From the NCBI GenBank assembly GCA_027923505.1, contig BROI01000025.1, positions 1 to 64,000 of the forward strand: DNA of 64,000 nucleotides. The letters run 5' to 3'. Under the pieces are notes generated by a model that made no database searches, had not been told where the DNA came from, and saw only the letters and a list, made by a program, of their open reading frames with translations. Source of the stretch: Mayamaea pseudoterrestris (lineage: Eukaryota). This document shows positions 12,052 to 23,200 of this stretch, piece by piece. The translations under genes and the position numbers were made by a program. Position 1 is the first letter of the stretch, and each line of letters opens with the position of its first letter.

Positions 12052-12743
12052 CTACCGTAAGCTTCGATCATATAGATTGCCGTTATCACCTTTATCGTCA
12101 TAGATTGGTACAACTCCATTCTCCACTAGTCGCATTAGCAACTGCGCTTTTGACCCTCCCACTGCCAGTTCGTTTCGCCTTGCGCGTTCCTTCAACTCAT
12201 CGAGCGTAAATCGCCCGAGAGCCCCATCGACAAAGAGTTTCTGACGCTTCCATTGCTCCAGTTCCTTCACTTGCTCCGACAGCTCCGATACGCGCCGCTT
12301 TAACACGACAATTTCTTGCTCACCGGTAATGACGGCGCGGGCCACCGCCTTGACCTTTGGCTGCGACACTTGCATGCCGCGCAGCGTGACGCGACCAATG
12401 AAACGCGCCAAGGCGCCGCCAAGATTGTCGTCCTGCTCGTCGAGCGGATCAATGTTGGCAATGTAACATACCATGAAAAATATAATGCCGGATATAATAA
12501 CGTTGTGATTGATGACTAGATACGATGCCGCGCCTGCGACACTGGCAGAAGCCAAGGCAATCTTCCACTGGGAGTTTGTCGAGGCTTGCTCTTTGACGCT
12601 GTCATTATCATTGAATGCGTTTCGTAAGCGATTGACATCGATTTGAGCCTGCGCAGATGCAATGACTTGTTTTTCCAAGGCAACCATGTCATCATTCTTG
12701 GACGCAGCTGACAATAGAGTCCGTGTATTATGGTTGTGACGAG
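12052..12743 (-). pseudogene. 3' part of a plastid-targeted membrane/SAP-domain gene interrupted by a Copia insertion
   Basis: Two hydrophobic segments, a coiled coil and SAP motif FTLDELKERARRNELAVGGSKAQLLMRL. Joins in frame to 17969-18073 once the element and one TSD copy are removed. Confidence 0.8.
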
Positions 12744-12954
12744 TGTTGGATCTAGAATATATCTTGCGCGCCCTTGAAGCGACACTAATGATTAAGCAGA
12801 ACAGAGTCAATAAAACCACTTTACTTATTTTCTCCAAGAAGTGATCGTCCTCGATCCACTCCTTCGGTTGCCGCTTACCGCGCTTACTTAAATGTGACCG
12901 TCTTCGTGACGTCACCGCTGCCGCTTCGGTTTGGGTTCTCATCCATGCTCAACA
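12744..12954 (-). repeat. 3' LTR, 211 bp
   Basis: TGTTG...CAACA ends; preceded on the minus strand by the short purine tract AAAGGAGTG. Confidence 0.95.
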
Positions 12955-15541
12955 CACTCCTTTGGGCCGAGTAGTACTTACTGCTCGAGGCCAGATTCAT
13001 AACCAGGTTGCGGAGCTTGCCAAACTGGGCTCCCTGCAATGGTTTCGTGAAGAAATCCGCGACCATGTCTCCGGTCGGACAATGCTCAATGTTGACTTCA
13101 CCAGCTGCCACGCGATCTTTCACAAAGAAGTACCGAACATTCATGTGTCGCGTGCGCTTTGTACTTGAGCTTCTGCCATTCTTTTCCAACAGCATTGAAC
13201 TCATATTGTCTTGATACAATTTCGTGTCTTTGACCCCGAAACCTTGCGCCTTCAGAAAATATCCTGTCCACAGCAACTGCGGTAGCACATCATGAACTCC
13301 CACAACTTCGCTCTCCGTCGAGCTTCTTGTTACCAACTTCTGTTTAGCCGACGTACTGTACACTGATCCTTGGCCAAGTGTCATTGTTCCACCAGTGTGA
13401 CCCTTCATGTCTGGGTGCACCGCGTACGACGCATCCACCCACCACTGGACTATCCCGGACTGGTCCGCCTTCAGCGTCAACACCATGTCCACGCTTCCGC
13501 GTAAATATTTAATCACTCTTGCAGCCTTCTTATAGTCGTCTTCGTCAGGCTGCTGCAGCCTCGTGCTCAAGAAAGAAATCGCTGTGCGAATATCCGGTCG
13601 CGCTCGCTGACTCAGATACAGACACTGCATCACAATCGTCACAAAAATCTGCTTCTTCGCTTCGCTCAACATGACAGGATTTTCCGATATCTGAAACAAG
13701 TGACTGGCTGCCGGAGTAGCTGCCGTTCCATCCATGTCGTCTGGCGCATGATGCAGGATGTTCTTCACATAGTCAACCATGTTGATTGCTACTTCTCCAG
13801 GCTTAGTATAGTCCAATACCATGCCGAGGTAGTCGTGCACTTTTCCGCGTGACTTATTCATTGGAGTCTCCTTGCCAAACTCCTCATCCATCTGCGCGAT
13901 GAACTCATCCACTACGCTCACGTCGACGTGCGAAATCTTCAAATCGTCCACGTGCCATCCCACGGTGATTTGCTTCCCATTGACAATCTTGTTGCACACA
14001 CACGGATCGTACGGGTTCTTCTCGAAGCCCCACTCAAGCAATTTTGCGGACAACTTCTCCCAGAATAGTCGCGCTGCTCGAAGCGTACCATAAAGCGCCA
14101 TGAGTAATTCAACATACATGACTTTCTCGCCATTCTCCATTGTGACGCAAGGCTCGTACATCTCGCGATCAATTTCCAACAGTAGCTCCACCATCTTCCC
14201 AGTGAAACGAACGTGCACCAACTCATCCATTTCCGCTTGCATGAAAGCACCCGGTACATCAACCACAGCAACCTCGCGCCCTTCCATAGCGTCAATGATA
14301 GCTGTCAGAAAGATGGCCTCTGTCGCTATCGTTGGAGATGCTGCGTCTTCCTTTGCAGTGTATGCTCGTTGCTTGCGTCCATCCGCGCATCCGCGTCCCT
14401 TCACAGTCCCGCATCTCTTGCGCTTGAGAAACATCAAATACGCCAGAGCGTCCTTGCGCTGCTGCGGAGTCAGAGTGCATTGGGGGACTGCCTTCATGAC
14501 GTGCCTGTCGTGTAGCTGCTGCATTTCCTTGCGCACTGCCTCCACTCCAGCATCGCCAAAAGCCTTTAAACCTTGTCGCATATTCATCTGTGCCGTGACG
14601 AGTGGCTCCGACACTTCCTCTGCAGCGTCGAGCGTGAACAAATGAGCGAACGAGCGAGGTTTGCGCGCACGCAGGCCATACCGACCAGTGCGTGGGCCAT
14701 AGCGCGCATCGAAATCCTCTTCGTCTGCAGCAGCTGGCACTCCTTCAATTTCGCCTTCATCGGGCACTCCTTCAATTTCGCCATCATCCACGGCTGGCGC
14801 GTCGTCAAGTTCGCCGTCAATGGCCTCACCATCCTCGTCGTTCGGCACTCCTTCGATTGCGCCGTCAGCACCATCGTCGTCGTCGTCGTCGTCATCGGTC
14901 GCATTCACTCCTTCGCTTCCGCCGGCAGAGTCGTCGTCACCGCGAGAAGCGTCGTCATCATAATCAGAGTCATCATCATCCTCGGCGTCATCTTCGTGCC
15001 ACATGACTGGCTCAGCAGCCTCCGCAACACGGTGGCGGTCCATGAACACGATGCCCGGATTGGCCTTCTGTTGACGAGCGAGACGATGCACGCGCTCAAT
15101 GACATCATCAGGCATGGGCAAAGGCGTAGCGTGCCCACGATTCAGAACTTTGCCCGAAGACAAACTGAGGAAATAAAACCCACCCTGCACATTACCAGTC
15201 GGGCGCAGAGCCAGCGCACCGATCGTGCGCGCCTGCATGTCATTGCTGTGCGACTCATGCGTTTGCACATACTGACCAAATTCATACTTGCAATGCCGAT
15301 TAAAGTCAACTGTCTGACCAGTCACAATAGTGCGTGGACTGAGATCCTTCGAAATGCCACGCTCGTTCGGAAACGCATTCAACCAAAACACGGCAGACTT
15401 CGTCATTTCGATAACCAAGCGTGCCGGCACGTGCTTAAATGGCAACGTGTTGTATGTCGCGCGCACCCGTTCTTTCACGACACGGATAAAACGTTCAATT
15501 TCGCCAACGTGTTCATCCTCAGATGTCGCATTGAGCGCCAC
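12884..15541 (-). CDS. Copia pol, second part (integrase C-half, RT, RNase H); stop codon lies inside the 3' LTR
   Basis: EHVGEIER (IN catalytic E), KGRGCADG, ALYG, WHVDD, SSTESE, RTRHMNVRYFFVKD, ADFFTKPLQG. Confidence 0.92.
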   Translation of the reverse strand: MALNATSEDEHVGEIERFIRVVKERVRATYNTLPFKHVPARLVIEMTKSAVFWLNAFPNERGISKDLSPRTIVTGQTVDFNRHCKYEFGQYVQTHESHSNDMQARTIGALALRPTGNVQGGFYFLSLSSGKVLNRGHATPLPMPDDVIERVHRLARQQKANPGIVFMDRHRVAEAAEPVMWHEDDAEDDDDSDYDDDASRGDDDSAGGSEGVNATDDDDDDDDGADGAIEGVPNDEDGEAIDGELDDAPAVDDGEIEGVPDEGEIEGVPAAADEEDFDARYGPRTGRYGLRARKPRSFAHLFTLDAAEEVSEPLVTAQMNMRQGLKAFGDAGVEAVRKEMQQLHDRHVMKAVPQCTLTPQQRKDALAYLMFLKRKRCGTVKGRGCADGRKQRAYTAKEDAASPTIATEAIFLTAIIDAMEGREVAVVDVPGAFMQAEMDELVHVRFTGKMVELLLEIDREMYEPCVTMENGEKVMYVELLMALYGTLRAARLFWEKLSAKLLEWGFEKNPYDPCVCNKIVNGKQITVGWHVDDLKISHVDVSVVDEFIAQMDEEFGKETPMNKSRGKVHDYLGMVLDYTKPGEVAINMVDYVKNILHHAPDDMDGTAATPAASHLFQISENPVMLSEAKKQIFVTIVMQCLYLSQRARPDIRTAISFLSTRLQQPDEDDYKKAARVIKYLRGSVDMVLTLKADQSGIVQWWVDASYAVHPDMKGHTGGTMTLGQGSVYSTSAKQKLVTRSSTESEVVGVHDVLPQLLWTGYFLKAQGFGVKDTKLYQDNMSSMLLEKNGRSSSTKRTRHMNVRYFFVKDRVAAGEVNIEHCPTGDMVADFFTKPLQGAQFGKLRNLVMNLASSSKYYSAQRSVLSMDENPNRSGSGDVTKTVTFK

Positions 15542-17730
15542 TCGAGATCAGCCAACGCGCCAAGCATTGGAGCGAACTCCCCATCCATCAGAGCCGCGAC
15601 GACACGGAACCCACCGCGTGCGTAAATCTTCAACACAGACTCGATTGCCTTCAACATAACCGGAAGCGTACGGTTTTGAATCACCTCAACCGTAGCAAAA
15701 CGAATGCTGCGGGAGAACGTCACCAACATAGGGACTTTGTTGATATACATGATGTCAGCACAAAGAGTAACGTCTCGATAGCGACTCATGATAGCCGGTG
15801 GAAGCTGCTCAACAATCGCAGGCTTCACCAGATGCGACGCGCGACGCGTCGTCTTTCCTTTTAACGAGCCAACATCTGGTCCAAAGATGTGCTCAGCAGC
15901 CAGGATGTCGGCCTTCGTCACAGGACAGTTCGGCAACTGATTGCTAGTAACGATGCGCAGGTAATCCTTGAGGCTTGGCCGTCCAATTTTGATTTGCAGT
16001 TCCCTAGCTCTAACAGCGCGTAAATAGTCATCATTGGTGTAGTTAGTACGGTTATCGTCTACCGTAGTCAACATCGCCACTCCATCCTTGACATCGCTGC
16101 GCTTGCCCTTCGAAAAGCTCTCGCAAACATACAGCCCAGAGTCAGTCTCGACAAACTCTCGCTGCTTACCATCCGGCTTCTCCACAACGAACATTGGACG
16201 ATCCACGCCGTGCATGAGATACTCCACGGTAAACTTCTTGCGGACTTGCGCCAAACTCAAAATGTTCGCCAGTCCCTGCGGATACCACCACACCGGACCA
16301 TAGCCCTCCAGGTCGCCCATCATGTTCGTCCTTACTGTACCAGCGTTGCACTTGATCACCATCCACGTTGGCACCGGGCGAATGTTCGTCAGCATCTTGG
16401 CGTTGCAGAACAGATCCACTGTCGACTGATTGTCCAAGAGCACAGCCTTCTTCGAGATGTTCACCTTCGGCGGCTGCGCGAACATGTATCCGACCTCATC
16501 GTCGTCATCGCTTTCTTCCTCGCTACCCAGCGTGAAGTGCTGCGCCCCACTAGCCTCTGCAGCCGGCGCACTCTCCGTAGACTCCGTTCTCGTAGGACAG
16601 TCTCGCTGCACATGACCAACCTGTTGACAGGTCCAGCATCTGGGAGGGTCACGCGCTGTACCAGTTGTGCATAACGCCACGCCCTCGTTCGTTGGCAACG
16701 TGGCTTCTCCATCCGCATGCTCACGACGCTGCATGATGTTGTATGCATCGTGGATCGTCAACGGGAAGTTGTCGTGCCCGTCGAGGTAGCAGTTGCGCAA
16801 GTGCTTGCAATACCCAGCGTATTCGCCCGTTGCGCCACGCACGAAAAGCATCGCAAGCTCGAGCTCTTCGGCGGCCTTGATATCCTCCTTGTTCGCCTTG
16901 TTACGATTGTCATCCTTGGCAATGTTCAACGCCACAATCTCGTTGTGCATCGTGACGCCAACCGCCTTCGCCACGTCTGCCAGCGTGACCATGCTTTCGT
17001 AATATTTCTGCAGGCTTTCGCGCGCTCCTTGAGTACGTCCGAACAACTCAGCTTGAATGTCCACGACTTGATCCACAAGTTTGCAGCGCCCTTCGTACGT
17101 ATGCGAGATCTCCTTGATAATCGCCAGCAACTTAATTCCGTCCGTGTCCTCCTCGGCGTCTCGGAACTTGGCGTGCGACTTGACACGATCCTTCATACGC
17201 TCCGTGCATTGTCCATGCAACACGGCGTAGAGACCAGCGAGGAAGTCGGAGTATACACGCACGCGCTCGACATGCTCTTTCTTGTCGGCCTTGTATTCCT
17301 CGAGCATTATGGACCAGTCCGAGTCCGTCGTGTCGGCATCCTTCGTTGGACGTGCAGGCTCGTCAGGAATCTCCAGTTCCACGTTGCGCATGCCCTTGAG
17401 CAGCTCCTTGGTATATTTCTTGTAGGAGCGCCCGACGAAAGTGATGATCTCGTTCGTCGTACGGATGAATCCATCGGGATCGCGCGAACCGTTATAGTCG
17501 TAGATGAATCCAGCGAGCGTCGGCTCGCTTCCTTGGAAATTTCCACTCGGCGCACGACTCGGTCCGTTGAGTCTGTTACCATTGCCTTGATTCCCGGAAC
17601 GATTCCCAGCACGATTCCCACGACGATAATGACGGTTGCGTCGGTTTCCTTCGCTTGCTGGCGGAGCGGGAGGTGCACCTCCACCGCTCGACGCCGCTCC
17701 TGTCGTCGGAGTATTGCTCGTCGAAGACAT
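15475..17730 (-). CDS. Copia gag-PR-integrase N-half; frameshifted into the second pol ORF at ~15543
   Basis: Zinc knuckle, protease LLDNQST, IN acidic residues in ADIMY and MDGEF. Confidence 0.9.
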   Translation of the reverse strand: MSSTSNTPTTGAASSGGGAPPAPPASEGNRRNRHYRRGNRAGNRSGNQGNGNRLNGPSRAPSGNFQGSEPTLAGFIYDYNGSRDPDGFIRTTNEIITFVGRSYKKYTKELLKGMRNVELEIPDEPARPTKDADTTDSDWSIMLEEYKADKKEHVERVRVYSDFLAGLYAVLHGQCTERMKDRVKSHAKFRDAEEDTDGIKLLAIIKEISHTYEGRCKLVDQVVDIQAELFGRTQGARESLQKYYESMVTLADVAKAVGVTMHNEIVALNIAKDDNRNKANKEDIKAAEELELAMLFVRGATGEYAGYCKHLRNCYLDGHDNFPLTIHDAYNIMQRREHADGEATLPTNEGVALCTTGTARDPPRCWTCQQVGHVQRDCPTRTESTESAPAAEASGAQHFTLGSEEESDDDDEVGYMFAQPPKVNISKKAVLLDNQSTVDLFCNAKMLTNIRPVPTWMVIKCNAGTVRTNMMGDLEGYGPVWWYPQGLANILSLAQVRKKFTVEYLMHGVDRPMFVVEKPDGKQREFVETDSGLYVCESFSKGKRSDVKDGVAMLTTVDDNRTNYTNDDYLRAVRARELQIKIGRPSLKDYLRIVTSNQLPNCPVTKADILAAEHIFGPDVGSLKGKTTRRASHLVKPAIVEQLPPAIMSRYRDVTLCADIMYINKVPMLVTFSRSIRFATVEVIQNRTLPVMLKAIESVLKIYARGGFRVVAALMDGEFAPMLGALADLEWRSMRHLRMNTLAKLNVLSVS

Positions 17731-17757
17731 GTCTTTTCACTCGCTTCTTGGAGAAAA

Positions 17758-17968
17758 TGTTGGATCTAGAATATATCTTGCGCGCCCTTGAAGCGACACT
17801 AATGATTAAGCAGAACAGAGTCAATAAAACCACTTTACTTATTTTCTCCAAGAAGTGATCGTCCTCGATCCACTCCTTCGGTTGCCGCTTACCGCGCTTA
17901 CTTAAATGTGACCGTCTTCGTGACGTCACCGCTGCCGCTTCGGTTTGGGTTCTCATCCATGCTCAACA
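17758..17968 (-). repeat. 5' LTR, 211 bp
   Basis: Identical to 12744-12954; contains the palindrome GTGACGTCAC (17920-17929). Confidence 0.95.
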
Positions 17969-18073
17969 ACGAGAAGGAAAGGTGCTGATGCGAGTCGGGA
18001 ACTGAAACGAGGCATAAGCTTTAAACGAATTTGATATTAAAGCAGTCAGGATACAGACATAATTTGATTTCAT
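17969..18073 (-). pseudogene. 5' part (35 codons; signal peptide plus start of transit peptide) of the interrupted SAP-domain gene
   Basis: Translates MKSNYVCILTALISNSFKAYASFQFPTRISTFPSR, with an ASAFAP-like cleavage region; now followed by TGT TGA from the LTR. Confidence 0.78.
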
Positions 18074-18253
18074 TGTTTCATGGCTCGTAGCAATGACGAA
18101 GATCAAGACAATGGCAGCTGAAGTTTAACGAATACCATGGTGAGGAGATCAAAATGAGACGATGAGTTGCGCATCTCATGGCAAGCGGCACTCACTCTGT
18201 CGTAACGGCTTTAGGTATTATAACTGCAAAACGTCTTCTTCCAGGCTTTGGCG

Positions 18254-20063
18254 ATGCATCGACCATTGCAGCCCAGCAAGCACATCTCTCTACCTGCTCT
18301 TCATAACTCCATACCTGAATCGATAGGAGTATCTGTCTTTAACAATTCACAACTCGAAATTATGGAGCAGCTACAGTCTCGAGGCGACGACTACGACGAA
18401 GCTTGCATTGCAGTTTCGATCGACGACGGCGACTTGATTTTTCGTCGTCGCAAGCAGCAGCAAGGCCGGAAATATGTCGTGCTTTCTCCCAAGCTGGCCT
18501 TTTTACTAGTGTCATTTTCGCTCGGCGAGCTCGGAGATGGCCTCAACATTTTCCAGGGCGTCTACTTGGTCGGATTAGGTTGGAAGGAAGGCAGCGTCGG
18601 CCTGGCGCTTTCATTGATGGGTTTGACATCGCTCTTTGTTCAACCCTTTGCCGGAGACATTGTTGATAGAGCAGCCATTGATCGCAGATTATTCTTGGTG
18701 GTTGCAAGCATTGTCACGGCTCTGTCAGCCTCGGCCATTTTTCTGGTGCAACAGGGACAGCACGATCATGCGCTCATTTACAGCACCAAGGTGATTGAAG
18801 GTGTGGCATCGTCCTTCATTGCACCTTGCTTGGCGGCATTGACCTTGGCTACGTTCGGACCGCATCATTTTGATAGAATTATGGCAAATAACATGTTCTA
18901 TGGGTGAGTTGAAACCTTTGCGGTTCTGCGTATTTATATAATTGTCGATTGAAAGCGTTGTCGTCGCTGCGATGCTTGTCTTTTTCATTACGCAATTAAT
19001 CGTCGAAAGACTGACGCAGCACATATTACTTTCCTGCAGACACATTGGATCAGTCGCTGCAGCAGTCATTGCAGGTGCTGTCGCGTTTATCCTGTATCCA
19101 AAGATTAAATTCTGCTTTCTAGTGATTGGGGTTGCGGCGCTTGGAGCGCTTGTTATCATTCCATTCTTGCCGCAAGGCGACCCACTCATGGGACGTGGCT
19201 TTCAGGGAAAGGTTGCCATGGATGAGTATGGGCAGTTGGAGCGGCTCGAGAGTGACGAGTCAACGGTTGCCATTCAGAACCATTCCAAAGACAAACCACC
19301 CCAGGCGTTGCCGTACTGGGAAGTCTTTTCAGACCCAAGAACTGCTATTTTATGCTCGACTGGCTTCTTTTTCCACTTCGCTAATGCCAATGTGTTGCTG
19401 GTTCTCGGCGAGCTCATGTCGAGCAGCGACAATGACGACGGAACCCCTAGGCAATCGGCTATTCCTTTAATCGCTGGCGCCATTGTTTTGGCGCAAATTA
19501 CCATGGCCTTTGCAACATACATCGGTGACAAGCTGACGTTATGTGGAATTGGACGAAAGCCTCTCTTTCTGGCGGGTCTTGTCTCGCTCCCAATTCGATG
19601 TGCCTTAATCATCATTTGGAAGGACAGAGGGGACGCTTGGCTCTTATCGACGCAAATTCTGGATGGCCTCGGCGGTGGACTCTGCGGGCTCATACATCCG
19701 TACCTTATTGCGGACATTACCTTTGGCTCAGGAAGGTTCAATGTTGTCAGTAAGTAGTTGAATTGTGAAGTAGAGCATGTAAACAGTAAAGACCAAACTC
19801 ACATCCGTCATTTGTCACTTCTTGCCCTTTTAGTGGGTCTAACGGCAAGTTGTTTCGGCCTTGGAGCTACGCTTTCCAACTTTTTGGGCCAGCTAGTAGT
19901 CGAAAAGTTTGGACATGTGGCTAGCTTGACAGGGTCTCTTTTCATGTCTATACTACCAATCTTACTTTTCCTATTCATGCCAGAAACCCTGGGGCAGCGC
20001 ACGCATCACCATTATCGGGCCAGGGACATGGACGCCGTAGATTCATACAATCCAATTATTTAG
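18254..20063 (+). CDS. Major facilitator superfamily transporter; 3 exons; start may be 18362
   Basis: Multiple TM helices; motif-A-like GDIVDRAAIDRR and GDKL...GRK; FFFHFANA; ADITFGSGRFN. Introns 18904-19039 and 19749-19833. Confidence 0.88.
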
Positions 20064-20220
20064 AAAATAAATCGAAAAGCAACATAAGTAGTACAGCACT
20101 TTACGATGTAGATGTTAATGACGAGGAGGGAGTCGGCAGCAACGCGAAACCTTACAGAAAGCCAGGATCGCGTCCACCGAGCAAACATAATCAGTCAACA
20201 CCTCGCCCATACAACATGTA

Positions 20221-23200
20221 TTATATCGTTGTCCACTTGTTTGGAATTCCCATAAAATATCTCTCCATGGCATTGGTAAAGCGAGCTTTGTATAATGGAG
20301 GTTGAATAATTGTCGGTGCCTCACTTCCAACCACCATCGGTAGACTCTTCCCGACTCGTTCCATTTGCTTCATTATGTCGTACTCTGTGCGAAGCGAAAG
20401 GCAAATTAGCAAATACATCCATTTTACAGTAAATGATGGTAACACTCGTTGCTGCAACTCACGTCTCATGAAGTCAATGATTCCGACAACAAGTTCTTGA
20501 TTCTCTTCATCAATGCCAACAAGAATCGAGTAGTCGAGGACATTTATGATCGATAGAAATAGCGAATCATTCAAAATTGACATCTGAAAGACAGCCTTGG
20601 CACGATCCGTTAACGGCATCGGTCGACCAGACGTCCATTCAAGATAATCTCCGTCCAGCAGTGTCGGCAGTCCGTGTTCGCCCTGATTTGCCTCGTCATC
20701 GCCTGCTGCTGCCTCTTTGCCGTCGTTAGCATCATTTGTCTCGCGCTCATCAACTGAACTTGGCTTCGTCATGCTCCCTCCCATTGCATCACTGCCCGTC
20801 GCTGATGGCGTCTCTGGCGAACTCTCGTCCTTGCTGCGGTGAACATGCGCCGCGAAGCGTCCCCTGAGGGAGCCCTTCAAATCAAAAACCCGCGATATCT
20901 TTCGGTTGTAGAAGATATTTTGCATGACTGCAACTTGTTCCATAGTGCGCTTCCCAGTCACTCGGTTATGGACACCGATCTGATAAACACCAACTATCTT
21001 GCACAAAACGGTGGGGAGGCCGTGGAAAAACGCTTTACTCAAATATTCGAAGTAAGCTGGTGCGCAATCCAAAAACATTTGTAGCTCCGTCCGAGAAATA
21101 AATTTGATAACAAAACGATCATCTGAAGTGCGGTGGAAGCTAGCTCCACTCTTGCCGCCGCTCGCTGCCCAGAAAGCAGCCGATGATAGACTCTCGATGT
21201 AGCTTTGCTCAATTCCTTCAGGATCATCGTCAACTGTCTCCGACGCATTGGCAATTGTAGACCGGGATAAGAAAACTTGCCGGACCGCGTGAAACTGAGT
21301 TGCCCAGTACGTAGTGCAGACGAATTTACAAGTGGCCTGTCCTTTCTCATCAAAGTCGCGAAATGTATGCTTGACATGACTTTTACTCCGCACAAGCATC
21401 CGATTTTCAACGCTTTTCACATCCATCTGGACATTAGCTTGATGCACAGGGCCGGCGTTCGAAGATGACTGCGTCGCCTCATTTTTGGACGACAAATCGC
21501 CATTTACTGGAAGTGAATTACCTTGGGACGTGTTACCCCTTTGATCAGTTGATGCTTTGTCCGATCCGCCCTCTCCTTCAGTTAAAGCATCAGAGTCTGT
21601 AGCACTCTCTTGTCGACTGAAATACTTGAATTGTTTTGCATACTCAGTAGACGATAGCGAATAAGCAATTACTGTGGACAACTGGTCGTCGAAAACAGGA
21701 ACAACTGATGCGCATATGTTATGAGTGTGAGTGACGATCCTACGCGTTTATGACTGCGACACTGTAAAAGAGCTTACCGAGACCATTGACTCCAGGCGCA
21801 AGCCGTGGCCGACCTTCCGCGAAAACGCCAAGATCAACAGTATATGGATCTTGTTCCCTACCACCACGATTAAAGAAACGGTTTAGAGCTGATTTCACCG
21901 CTCCACCAGGTGTATTTTTTGTTGGTGCAGTTAAAGAATCTTCGGCTTCGGCACGAGACGAGTCACTGCGCCTCGCTCCCAAGGACTTGACTGCACGTGG
22001 ACGGGACGACGACCGATCCATGACTCCTTTAGCGTGTAACCTCCTTCGCGACGCAACTACATCCGCGTCGACACTCTCAGCAAAATCGACAGCCGACTCC
22101 TCCTCCTTATCGAAGTCGTCCTCATAATCTCCGTCCTGTTGTAGCTCGCTGTTAGTTTCAGGAAGTTGCGGCAGAACTTCTGCTATATCCGCCATATTAT
22201 AGCGAGTGTAATGCTCGTTTAATTTACGAAGCTGTTTCATCGACTCCATGAGTTCATCACTCCATGGATCACCCATATTAATGGCAACATTTGAAGCGAT
22301 GCCCTGATCTCGGGTTGAGGGCGATGAAGCAAGTTTCTTCATCGTCGATATAGCGTGGCCTGCGGCAGAGAGCTTTTCGTTCCAAGCGTATGTTAACATG
22401 AACAGATATCGTCGGGCAAACCATGGGAAGCGAAAAAGCGCAGCATTAATTTGATCCTCATTCTCAAGTCTTCGCAAACTGTCAGATACAGAGGCATTCT
22501 TATCTTGCAAAGACTTTGTTGCGTCATCCACATAAGAGCTCATTCTATTCAGCTCCGACAGCACCGTCTGCAGATGCTCAGGACGAACGGAAGGTGAATT
22601 GAAAAGCGAGCGTGTTTCTCGAGAAATTTTCTCAATTCGCTCATCAAATTTGATAAACAAAGTTGACGAGGCCCCGGAAATGATATCAAGTCGACGAAGT
22701 CCTTCCTCCCTTTGAAACGATGTCTCCATTGGAAGCGTACGTCGCACATAAACACCGAAAGGTCGAATTGGCTCGTAATTGAACTGCGCTGCCAGCTTGT
22801 CGCACCCAAAGTATAAACGGGCAGCCGGCTGTATCTCACAACAGCAATTGCTTTCAACAGCGTTGAATATTGCGTCACGATTATAGAAGAAAGACTCTAA
22901 AAATTTCCCAAAAGAATACTTCCAAGTATCCTCGCCGACCAATCGTAGAGGAGATACAATTTTATTGCAATTTTTGCAAAGAGACCAAGTATATATCGGT
23001 CGATCAGTCTCAGTCGATGCAGATGACTTCTTATCTGACGCTGGGCGTGTCGCAGATTCCCTCGGCATTTGAGAGAGCTCTTCGTCTAGTTCCTCGACAG
23101 TAATGCTCACAAGCCCATCGTTGTGGACGAACGAGAGTGAATGATCCAAGACTGATTTCTTGCAATTCGGATTTTGACACTTAAGGGAGAGATTGAAACA

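Larger units (their letters stand above)
12744..17968 (-). mobile_element. Full-length Ty1/Copia (CoDi-like) LTR retrotransposon, 5225 bp, very recent
   Basis: Two 211-bp LTRs identical by eye. TSD ACGAG at 12739-12743 and 17969-17973. Domain order gag (CWTCQQVGHVQRDC), PR (LLDNQST), IN, RT (WHVDD), RNase H (WVDASYAVH). Confidence 0.97.

Noticed and set aside
14573..17769. Long plus-strand ORFs (two of 350 aa) antisense to Copia gag-pol
   Set aside because: Shadow ORFs from codon bias; no recognisable motifs.
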